From the NCBI GenBank assembly GCA_021779535.1, contig JAJYAM010000001.1, positions 12,595 to 76,594 of the forward strand: a DNA stretch of 64,000 bases, given 5' to 3'. The notes under the pieces are model-generated. The model searched no databases and was not told where the DNA came from. It saw only the letters and a list, made by a program, of their open reading frames with translations. This document shows positions 1-14,612 of this stretch, one piece after another. Made by a program: the position numbers and the translations under genes. The stretch comes from Pseudomonadota bacterium (GTDB lineage: Bacteria; Pseudomonadota; Gammaproteobacteria; Steroidobacterales; Steroidobacteraceae). Each line of letters begins with the position of its first letter. The stretch's first letter is position 1.

Positions 1-33
1 GGTCCCCGGATAGATCGCGTTTCTCTTGTGCAT
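1..33 (-). CDS. coaD: phosphopantetheine adenylyltransferase, N-terminal 11 codons only (runs off window)
   Basis: Reverse complement of 1-33 reads MHKRNAIYPGT, matching the CoaD N-terminus (xAxYPGTFDP). It starts 12 nt after the rsmD stop. Confidence 0.55.
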   Translation of the reverse strand, partial: MHKRNAIYPGT

Positions 34-44
34 GGCCTCGACGC

Positions 45-635
45 TCAGCCCTCCCGTCGCGCCAGATGATACCCCACCTCGCCGGCGAACCTGGATCGCC
101 GGAGGCTCCAGCCGGGCGGCATCGCCGGCACCCCGGCGCTGCGTGCGGTCTCGATGTAGACGAGGCCGCCGCGGACGAGCCGGTCGCCGCTCGCGAGCGC
201 CTCGATCGCGCGATCGAGCGCGCCCGAGCCGAACGGCGGATCGAGGAACGCGAGATCGAACCCGCCGGCGGCTTCGCGCCAGTACGCGTCCGCGTCGGCG
301 CAATGCACCTGCGCCCGGTCGGCGGCGCCGAGCCGCTCGAGCTGGGTCCGCAGGTTCGCGGCCGCGGCCGCCGACCGCTCGACGAAGACCACTTCGCCGG
401 CGCCGCGCGACAGCGCCTCGAGGCCGAGCGCGCCGCTCCCCGCGAACAGATCGAGGGCGCGCGCGCCGGCGACGTCGGCGCGCAGCCAGTTGAATACGGT
501 CTCACGGATCCGGTCCGTGGTCGGGCGCAATTCCGGGTGGTCGAGCACCGGGATCCGTCGACCGCGCCAGGCGCCGCCAATGATCCGCACGGAGTGGCTC
601 GGGCCGGTCCGGCGCGGGGTCTTGCGGTTCGTCAC
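45..635 (-). CDS. rsmD: 16S rRNA (guanine966-N2)-methyltransferase RsmD
   Basis: ORF 45..725. Motifs VRIIGGAWRGRRIPV, LRPTTDRIRETVFNWL, LDLFAGSGALGLEALSRGA, DPPF. GTG at 635 gives an RsmD-like length. Divergent from ftsY, as in E. coli. Confidence 0.85.
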   Translation of the reverse strand: MTNRKTPRRTGPSHSVRIIGGAWRGRRIPVLDHPELRPTTDRIRETVFNWLRADVAGARALDLFAGSGALGLEALSRGAGEVVFVERSAAAAANLRTQLERLGAADRAQVHCADADAYWREAAGGFDLAFLDPPFGSGALDRAIEALASGDRLVRGGLVYIETARSAGVPAMPPGWSLRRSRFAGEVGYHLARREG

Positions 636-694
636 GAGCCGGATGATACGCGTAAAATTCACCGCTTCCGCCGCTCTGATAAGCTCGCATCGAC

Positions 695-1651
695 ATGACG
701 AATCCAGCCAGCCCGCCGGCCGCACGGGGCTTCTTCAAGCGATTGGGCGAACGCCTGAGCACGGGATCCTCGCGGATCGCCGAGGGACTGAAGAGCATCC
801 TGCCGGGCCGCAAGATCGACGCCGAGGTGCTCGAAGAGCTCGAGGAACGCTTGATCGGCGCCGACGTCGGCGTCGAGGCGACCGCGCGGATCCTCGAGGA
901 TCTCGGCAGGCGCGTCGCGCGCAAGGAACTCGGCGACGTCGACGCGCTCGTCGGCGCACTGCGCCGCGCGATGCTCGAGATCCTCGCGCCGGTCGAGAAG
1001 CGGCTGCAGATCGGCGGTGCGAAGCCGTACGTGATCCTCGTCGTCGGGATCAACGGCGCGGGCAAGACGACCACGATCGGCAAGCTCGCGAATCGGCTGC
1101 GCACCGAAGGGCGCAGCGTGATGCTCGCGTCCGGCGACACCTTCCGCGCGGCCGCGCGCGAGCAGCTCGCGGTCTGGGCCGAGCGCAACGGGGTGCCGCT
1201 GATCGCGCAACAGGCCGGCGCGGAGCCCGCGGCGGTGATCTACGATGCGTTGCAGGCGGCGCGCGCCCGCGAGATCGACGTGCTGATCGCCGACACCGCC
1301 GGACGCCTGCACACCCAGTCGCACCTGATGGAAGAGCTGAAGAAGGTCAAGCGCGTGCTGTCGCGAATCGATCCCGGGGCGCCGCACGAGGTCCTGCTCG
1401 TGCTCGACGGCACGATCGGGCAGAACGCGCTCGCGCAGACCGCGGAATTCGACAGGAATCTGGGTGTGACCGGGCTCGTGATCACCAAGCTCGACGGCAC
1501 CGCGAAGGGCGGCGTGGTGCTCGCGATCGCGCAGAGATTCAAGATCCCGATCCGCTTCGTCGGCGTCGGCGAATCGCTGGAGGACTTCGGGGAATTCGAC
1601 GCGGCGGGCTTCGTCGACGCCCTGTTGCGGCCCGCGGGCGAGAGCGCATGA
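695..1651 (+). CDS. ftsY: signal recognition particle receptor FtsY
   Basis: 318 aa. GINGAGKTTTIGKL, DTAGRL, TKLDGTAKGG and the NG-domain layout. Confidence 0.95.
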   Translation: MTNPASPPAARGFFKRLGERLSTGSSRIAEGLKSILPGRKIDAEVLEELEERLIGADVGVEATARILEDLGRRVARKELGDVDALVGALRRAMLEILAPVEKRLQIGGAKPYVILVVGINGAGKTTTIGKLANRLRTEGRSVMLASGDTFRAAAREQLAVWAERNGVPLIAQQAGAEPAAVIYDALQAARAREIDVLIADTAGRLHTQSHLMEELKKVKRVLSRIDPGAPHEVLLVLDGTIGQNALAQTAEFDRNLGVTGLVITKLDGTAKGGVVLAIAQRFKIPIRFVGVGESLEDFGEFDAAGFVDALLRPAGESA

Positions 1652-2313
1652 TCCACTTCGATCAGGTCTACAAGCGCTACCCCAGCGGCCGCGAGGCGCT
1701 CGCCGGCGTGTCGTTCGAGGTCGCGCGCGGCGACCTCACGTTCCTGACCGGACACTCGGGTGCGGGCAAGAGCAGCATCCTGAAGCTGGTCGCGCTGATC
1801 GAGCGGCCGACCCGCGGCCGCGTGACGGTCGCGGGCCGGTCGACCACGACGATCAAGCCGCGCGCGATTCCGCAGTTCCGGCGTGAGATCGGGATCGTGT
1901 TCCAGGACAACAAGCTCCTGCTCGACCGGCCGGTCGCGGACAACGTGGCGCTGCCGCTGATCATCGCGGGCGTCCCGCGCAAGGAGATCGACAAGCGCGT
2001 GCGCGCGGCGCTCGACCAGGTCGGGCTCCTCGGCAAGGAGCGCAACCGGCCGGCGGAACTGTCCGCCGGCGAGCAACAGCGCGTCGGCATCGCGCGGGCG
2101 GTCGTCGCCAAGCCGCCGCTGCTGATCGCCGACGAGCCGACCGGCAACTTGGACCCCGATCTCGCGATCGAGATCATGCGGCTGTTCAAGCGATTCAACG
2201 ACGTCGGGGTCACGGTCGTGATCGCGACCCACGACGTGCACCTGGTCGACCGGTTCGACGCGCGCCGCATCGTGCTCGGCGAGGGCCGGGTCGCCGTGGA
2301 GACGCCGCGATGA
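1648..2313 (+). CDS. ftsE: cell-division ABC transporter ATP-binding protein FtsE
   Basis: Internal ATG of ORF 490..2313. MIHFDQVYKRYP, GHSGAGKSS, LSAGEQQRVGIARA, LLIADEPTGNLD. ATGA overlap with the ftsY stop. Confidence 0.95.
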   Translation: MIHFDQVYKRYPSGREALAGVSFEVARGDLTFLTGHSGAGKSSILKLVALIERPTRGRVTVAGRSTTTIKPRAIPQFRREIGIVFQDNKLLLDRPVADNVALPLIIAGVPRKEIDKRVRAALDQVGLLGKERNRPAELSAGEQQRVGIARAVVAKPPLLIADEPTGNLDPDLAIEIMRLFKRFNDVGVTVVIATHDVHLVDRFDARRIVLGEGRVAVETPR

Positions 2314-3230
2314 ACGTCGGCGCGTACTTCGACCGGCAGGCCCAGACCCTGGTCGGCTCGCTCGGACGCGTCGCCGAGGCACCGGTCGCGTTCCTGATGA
2401 CGATGACCGTGATCGGAATCGCGGTCGCGCTGCCGCTGTGCCTGTTCGTGTTCCTGCAGAACGCGCGGCAGGCGATGGCGGGCTGGAACGACGCGTTCGA
2501 GCTGTCGGTGTACCTGTCGAAATCGGCCACACCCGGGCGCACCAACGAGATCGCGGCGCAGATCCGCGCGCGCGACGACGTCGCGAGCGTCCGGGTGATC
2601 CTCGCGCCGCAGGCGCTCGCGGAATTTCGCCGCTATTCCGGGTTTGGCGAGGCGCTCGACGCGCTGCAGGAGAACCCCTTGCCGAACACGCTCATCGTGA
2701 CGCCGACGCCCGCGGCGAGCACCGCGGCGGGCACCGCGGCGCTGCGCACGGCACTGCGCGCGGTCCCGGACGTCGATCAGGTCCAGCTCGACACCCAGTG
2801 GGTGCAGCGGCTGATCGCGATCGTGAGTTTGCTGCGCCGCGTCGTCTGGCTCGCCGCCGGCCTCCTCGGTCTCGGCGTCGCGCTGATCGTCGGCAACACG
2901 ATTCGCCTGGACATCCAGAGCCGTCGCGCCGAGATCGAAGTGATGAAACTGGTCGGCGCGAGCGACCGCTTCGCCCGCCGGCCGTTCCTGTACGCGGGCC
3001 TGTGGTACGGATCCGGGGGCGGGGTGCTCGCGCTGCTGCTGGTCGCGATCGCGGTCGCCTGGGTGTCGGGTCCGGTGAGCCGGCTCGCGCACCTGTACGG
3101 GAGCGGGTTTGCCCTGACCGGCATCGGGTTCAAGCCGGGCGCGGTGGTGCTCCTCGCATCGGCTCTGCTCGGCTGGATCGGCGCCTGGATTGCTGCGACA
3201 CAACATATCCGCGCGATCAACCCCTCCTGA
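2310..3230 (+). CDS. ftsX: cell-division ABC transporter permease FtsX
   Basis: 306 aa with 4 predicted TM segments, in the position after ftsE. ATGA overlap with the ftsE stop. Confidence 0.9.
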   Translation: MNVGAYFDRQAQTLVGSLGRVAEAPVAFLMTMTVIGIAVALPLCLFVFLQNARQAMAGWNDAFELSVYLSKSATPGRTNEIAAQIRARDDVASVRVILAPQALAEFRRYSGFGEALDALQENPLPNTLIVTPTPAASTAAGTAALRTALRAVPDVDQVQLDTQWVQRLIAIVSLLRRVVWLAAGLLGLGVALIVGNTIRLDIQSRRAEIEVMKLVGASDRFARRPFLYAGLWYGSGGGVLALLLVAIAVAWVSGPVSRLAHLYGSGFALTGIGFKPGAVVLLASALLGWIGAWIAATQHIRAINPS

Positions 3231-3278
3231 CGGCCGTTCGCGAACGCGCCGGCGATCATTCCCGAACGCCGATCGGTT

Positions 3279-3305
3279 GAACTCCGCCCCGCTTTAGCAC
3301 TCAAA
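3279..3305 (+). promoter_or_regulatory. sigma-E (RpoE/AlgU)-type promoter upstream of rpoH: GAACTC-N16-TCAAA
   Basis: GAACTC 3279-3284, 16-nt spacer, TCAAA 3301-3305. This matches the GAACTT-N16/17-TCnAA consensus. It lies 50 nt upstream of the rpoH ATG. rpoH is a known sigma-E target in E. coli and Pseudomonas. Confidence 0.55.
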
Positions 3306-3354
3306 CCTTGCGAGTGCTATCATGCCTCGCGGCGAGAGGCGGAGGTTCACGCTG

Positions 3355-4218
<864 letters not shown>

Positions 4219-4475
4219 GGTCGCGGCCGCCGCGACGCGTCGATCACCCGCCGGATCCCGCTCGCGGATCCCGCGGTCGGACGAGCGCAAGCGCCCGTAA
4301 CGGCCACCCCCGCCGATCAACGCGTCCCGCCACGAGCGACATTTACTGATCGGGACCGGGTGTTCCGGCGACGACGGGATTGCATAGTCCGGGTGATGGC
4401 TACCCTTCGTCGCGCGAATATCACAACATAGGCATCCTCGATCTTACGATCCGTTGGCCGTTCCCGGAGCTTGGC

Positions 4476-5645
4476 ATGACCCAGAAGACTCTCGATCCCA
4501 TGGACCTGTACGACGTGCGCGGACTGCTCGACGATCAGGAGCGGCTGGTGCAGGACGCCGTCGCACGGATGGTCGACGACAAGGTGCTGCCGTCGATCGG
4601 ACGCGCGTTCGCCGACCATCGCTTCCCGCGCGAACTCGTCGGCGAGCTCGCCTCGATGGGCCTGCTCGGCAGTTCGCTCGAGGGTTACGGATGCGCCGGC
4701 ATGAACGCGGTCTCCTCGGGGCTGATCTGCCAGGAACTCGAGCGCGGGGACTCGGCGCTGCGCAGTTTCGTGTCGGTGCAGTCGAGTCTGTGCATGTACC
4801 CGGTCTACACCTACGGCTCCGAGGCGCAAAAGGAGCGGTTCCTGCCGTCGATGGCCCGCGGCGAGACGATCGGGTGCTTCGGCCTGACGGAGGCGCACGG
4901 CGGCTCGGATCCGGCGAACATGAAGACCCACGCGAAACGGCGCGGCGGCGACTGGGTGATCAACGGATCGAAGATGTGGATCACCAACGCGCCGATCGCG
5001 GACCTGTGCATCGCCTGGGCGATGACCGAGGACGGCGTGCGCGGTTTCCTGATCGAGAAGGGCACGCGCGGATTCACTGCATCCGAGATCCACGACAAGT
5101 TCAGCCTGCGCGCCTCGGCGACCGGCGCGCTGTTCTTCGACGACGTCGTCGTGCCGGAGGCCCACCGCCTGCCCGGCGCGGTCGGACTGAAGGCGCCCCT
5201 GTCCTGCCTCACCCAGGCACGTTACGGGATCGCCTGGGGCGTGATCGGCGCGGCTCAGGCCTGCCTCGCGCAGCTCATCGACTACACCAAGACGCGGGTG
5301 CTGTTCGGCCGGCCGCTCGCCGCGAACCAGCTGATCCAGGTCCGGCTCGCGGAGATGGCGCGCCGGATCACCACCGCGCAGTTGCTGGTCCTGCAGCTCG
5401 GGCGGTTGAAGGACCGCGGCGCGATGACGCCGGCGCAGGTCTCGCTCGCGAAATGGAACAACGTCCGCGCGGCACTCGACATCGCGCGCGACTGCCGCGA
5501 CATGCTCGGGGGGGCCGGCATCAGCGCCGAATACGCGCCGATCCGTCACATGCTGAACCTCGAGAGCGTCGTGACCTACGAAGGGACCGAGTCGATCCAT
5601 CAGCTCAGCATCGGCCGGGAGCTGACCGGGATCTCGGCGTTCTGA
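4476..5645 (+). CDS. gcdH: glutaryl-CoA dehydrogenase (acyl-CoA dehydrogenase family)
   Basis: 389 aa. GCFGLTEAHGGSDP, GSKMWITNAP, YEGTESIHQLSIGRELTG. Overall GcdH-like sequence. Confidence 0.85.
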   Translation: MTQKTLDPMDLYDVRGLLDDQERLVQDAVARMVDDKVLPSIGRAFADHRFPRELVGELASMGLLGSSLEGYGCAGMNAVSSGLICQELERGDSALRSFVSVQSSLCMYPVYTYGSEAQKERFLPSMARGETIGCFGLTEAHGGSDPANMKTHAKRRGGDWVINGSKMWITNAPIADLCIAWAMTEDGVRGFLIEKGTRGFTASEIHDKFSLRASATGALFFDDVVVPEAHRLPGAVGLKAPLSCLTQARYGIAWGVIGAAQACLAQLIDYTKTRVLFGRPLAANQLIQVRLAEMARRITTAQLLVLQLGRLKDRGAMTPAQVSLAKWNNVRAALDIARDCRDMLGGAGISAEYAPIRHMLNLESVVTYEGTESIHQLSIGRELTGISAF

Positions 5646-5706
5646 GCGATCGGCCGCGCGCCCGCACCGCCGGCGGCCGTTCCGGCGGGTCGGCGGGACG
5701 GGTCCC

Positions 5707-6528
5707 TCAGGCGGCGCGCTCGGCCGGTCGCGCCGCCTCCACGGCACCGACCGCCATGCGGCGCCGCAGCCGTGCGCGCGGCCAATCGACCAAGCGCAGG
5801 TGCCCGTTCATGTCCTCGACCAGCGAGGTGCAGCTCTCCACCCAGTCGCCGTCGTTGCAGTAGAGGATGCCGTCGATCTCGCGGATCTCGGCCCGGTGAA
5901 TGTGGCCGCAGACCACCGTGTCGACGCCGCGCTTGCGGGCGGCGAACGCGACCGCCTCCTCGAAGCTGCCGATGTACTCGACCGCCCGCTTGGCCTTGTG
6001 CTTCAGGTAGGCGGCGAGCGACCAGTGCGGCCGGTCGAACTTGCGGCGGATCCAGTTCACGTACGGGTTGATCGCGAGCAGGATGTCGTAGAGATCGCTC
6101 CCGAGCTTCGCGAGCCAGGGGCTGCATTTCACGACGCTGTCGAATTCATCGCCATGCAGCAGGAGCATGCGCCTGCCGTCGGCCCCGACGTGCACGTACT
6201 CGCGATGGATCTCCAGATTGCCGAACACCGCGCCGTCGAAGTCGCGGAAGACCTCGTCGTGGTTGCCCGGAACGTAGATCACCTTCGTGCCGCGCTTCGC
6301 CTTGCCGAGCACGGTGCGCACGACGTCGTTGTGGGACTGCGGCCAGAACATCGACTTTCGCATGTTCCAGACGTCGACGATGTCGCCGACCAGGAACAAG
6401 TGGTCCATTTCGATCGCGTGCAGGAATTCGAGCAATGCGTCCGCGCTGCAGCCCTTGAATCCCAGATGCACGTCGGAAATGAACACCGATCGAACCCGCA
6501 TCGGCGCGGCGCGGTCTGGTTCCGGCAT
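5707..6528 (-). CDS. LpxH-family metallophosphoesterase (UDP-2,3-diacylglucosamine diphosphatase-like)
   Basis: 273 aa from the internal ATG of ORF 5707..7365. Calcineurin-like motifs ISDVHLG, VGDIVD, PGNHDE, LHGDEFD, CGHIHR. Confidence 0.8.
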   Translation of the reverse strand: MPEPDRAAPMRVRSVFISDVHLGFKGCSADALLEFLHAIEMDHLFLVGDIVDVWNMRKSMFWPQSHNDVVRTVLGKAKRGTKVIYVPGNHDEVFRDFDGAVFGNLEIHREYVHVGADGRRMLLLHGDEFDSVVKCSPWLAKLGSDLYDILLAINPYVNWIRRKFDRPHWSLAAYLKHKAKRAVEYIGSFEEAVAFAARKRGVDTVVCGHIHRAEIREIDGILYCNDGDWVESCTSLVEDMNGHLRLVDWPRARLRRRMAVGAVEAARPAERAA

Positions 6529-6635
6529 CGTCTTCCCCCTCCTCGCGATCGGATCCCTCGCGCAGGATCGCGCAGTGCCGTGACGGATCGGTGAAGCGCG
6601 CGCGACGATTTGGCGACAGTCGGCCCCGCGCGGGC

Positions 6636-7352
6636 TCAGTCCGGGCGCTTGGGTTCGACCAGGCGGTAGCCGAAGCCGCGGACGGTATCGATCAGGGTCT
6701 CGCAACCCGCGGCGGCGAGGGCGCGGCGCAGCCGCTGCACGTTCACGTCGACGGTACGGTCGTCGACCGCGCGGCTCCCGCCCCAGGCCTGGACGCGCAG
6801 GTCCCGGCGGCTCGAGGCACGGCCCGCGCGCGTCAACAACACCTCGAGCAGCCGGTATTCGGCCCCGCGCAGCGGCAGCGGCCGGCCGCGCACCGCGATC
6901 CGGCGCGCCGCGCGATCGATCGCGAGCTCGCGGTCCCCGGACTCGGCGACGGGACCCGCGCGGCTGCGGCCGCGCAGCACCGCGGCCACCCGCGCGACCG
7001 CTTCCGGCATCGACAGCGGCTTCACGAGGTAATCGTCGGCACCCAGCTCCAGGGCGGCGACGATATCGGCCTCCGCCCGCAACGCCGACGCGACCACGAT
7101 CGGGATGCGCGCGCTCGTGCGCGCCTCGCGCAACCGCAGGAGCTTCTCGAGCGCGGAGGCGCCCGGCGCATTCCAATCGACGACGACGAGCGCCGGGGGC
7201 CGAACCCGCAACACGCGGACCGCGTCGCCGATGTCGGCGACCACGTCGGCCGCGTAGCCGGCGTTCGCGAGCGCCGTGCGCAGCGCGGCGGCGGCGACAC
7301 CGTCGGCATCGGCGATCAACACTCGGGGCGCGGTCTCGGGTGCGAGGGTCAC
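6636..7352 (-). CDS. OmpR/PhoB-family response regulator (no cognate kinase adjacent)
   Basis: 238 aa. Receiver (ADAD, VVVDWNAPG, YLVKP) plus winged-helix output (TVDVNVQRLRRAL, TVRGFGYRL). Confidence 0.9.
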   Translation of the reverse strand: MTLAPETAPRVLIADADGVAAAALRTALANAGYAADVVADIGDAVRVLRVRPPALVVVDWNAPGASALEKLLRLREARTSARIPIVVASALRAEADIVAALELGADDYLVKPLSMPEAVARVAAVLRGRSRAGPVAESGDRELAIDRAARRIAVRGRPLPLRGAEYRLLEVLLTRAGRASSRRDLRVQAWGGSRAVDDRTVDVNVQRLRRALAAAGCETLIDTVRGFGYRLVEPKRPD

Positions 7353-7408
7353 CCGGGCGATTCAAGCCGACGATTCTTACCGGCGTGTGACGTTACCGTG
7401 ACATCGAT

Positions 7409-7915
7409 TCATCCGGCACCGCGCGGCAATGCGGTGCCGTGCTCGAGCGCGAGCAGCCAGCGCTTGCGCTCGAGGCCGCCGCCGTAGCCGGTCAGCCCGC
7501 CGTCGGCGCCGATCACGCGGTGACAGGGCACGATGATCGGCAACGGATTGTGGTGGTTCGCCATGCCCACCGCGCGCGCCGCGCCGGGCCGCCCGATGCG
7601 CCGCGCGAGCGCGCCGTACGCAAGCGTCCGCCCGTACGGGATCCGCGCGAGCGCGCGCCAGACTTTTTGCTGAAACGGGGTGCCGTGCGGGGCGAGCGGC
7701 AGGTCGAACGCGCAGCGCTTGCCGTCGAAGTACTCGCGCAGCTGCCGGACCGCCTCGGGCAACGCGCCGGCGTGCGGATCCTCGACCGGGTCGTCCGCGG
7801 CGACACCCGCGGGCGGTTCGTCGGAATCGAAGAGGACCGCGAGCAGCGCCCGGCGGTCGCCGTAGAGGCGCAGTCGTCCGATCGGGCTGTCGAGATCGGT
7901 GTAATAGGTCGTCAT
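7409..7915 (-). CDS. ogt: methylated-DNA--protein-cysteine methyltransferase
   Basis: Active site IIVPCHRVIGADGGLTGYGGGLERKRWLL. The start is taken at MTTYYTDLDSPIG. Confidence 0.9.
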   Translation of the reverse strand: MTTYYTDLDSPIGRLRLYGDRRALLAVLFDSDEPPAGVAADDPVEDPHAGALPEAVRQLREYFDGKRCAFDLPLAPHGTPFQQKVWRALARIPYGRTLAYGALARRIGRPGAARAVGMANHHNPLPIIVPCHRVIGADGGLTGYGGGLERKRWLLALEHGTALPRGAG

Positions 7916-7937
7916 CACGGCTGCCTCCGTGATCACT

Positions 7938-13931
<5,994 letters not shown>

Positions 13932-14082
13932 ACCGTTCCGTGCCTTGCGGTGTCGACCGCAAAGCCTTTCAAAAACAACACACTAAACCGGTTCGGGCGC
14001 TCAATCGATCGCGCCGGCACAGGCGCTTCACGGCGCGCGTGCCTGGATATAGCACCGCATGATACTAGCGCGACGAGCGTGG

Positions 14083-14511
14083 TCAACCGGCGATGTAGCG
14101 CTCGAGTTGCTCGATGTGCTCGCTTTGCTCCCGCAACAGCGCCTTCACGAGATCGCCGATCGACAACATCCCGACGACCGCGCCGGCGTCGACGACCGGC
14201 AGGTGGCGGATGCGCTGGTTCGTGCACAGCTCCATGCACCGCTGGACGGTATCGCCGAGCCCGACCGTGATCACCGGCGCGCTCATGATCGTGGCGACCG
14301 GCGTATCGTGCGAGGAGCGATTCTGCAGGATCACCTTGCGGGCGTAGTCGCGCTCGGAGATCACGCCGAGCAGGTTGCCCCGCTCCATCACCAGGAGCGC
14401 ACCCACGTGTTGCGTCGCCATCACCTCGATCGCCCGCAGCACCGACTCCTGCGGCCCGACCGAGTAGAGCTGGCGGCCTTTGACTGCGAGCAGTTGGCCA
14501 ACGGTAGGCAT
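14083..14511 (-). CDS. CBS-pair domain protein
   Basis: 142 aa from the internal ATG of ORF 14083..14796. Two CBS repeats (GALLVMERGNLLGVISERD; HLPVVDAGAVVGMLSIGD). Confidence 0.8.
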   Translation of the reverse strand: MPTVGQLLAVKGRQLYSVGPQESVLRAIEVMATQHVGALLVMERGNLLGVISERDYARKVILQNRSSHDTPVATIMSAPVITVGLGDTVQRCMELCTNQRIRHLPVVDAGAVVGMLSIGDLVKALLREQSEHIEQLERYIAG

Positions 14512-14612
14512 CGCGTTATCCCTCCGCGCACGATCCGGCGAACCGGCAACATCCGGAGCGGCGATGCGCTCCTTGGATCCGACTATACTCCGGACATCAT
14601 GCGAGAGAAATC

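Noticed and set aside
490-1647. 386-aa N-terminal extension of the ftsE ORF; similar long extensions occur at 5707..7365, 19284..21254, 20069..21925, 59801..62257, 61633..63198 and 25199..27811
   Set aside because: The extensions overlap neighbouring genuine genes in other frames and are Arg/Pro/Ala-rich. Conserved N-termini, SD sequences and ATGA coupling identify the internal starts used in the feature list.
5668-5690. Hairpin CCGCCGG-N8-CCGGCGG between the convergent gcdH and LpxH-like genes, and similar GC hairpins at about 4221-4237 and about 24170-24200, as terminators
   Set aside because: They have short stems and no T-tract. Such palindromes arise frequently by chance in GC-rich DNA. 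The support is insufficient to call them features.
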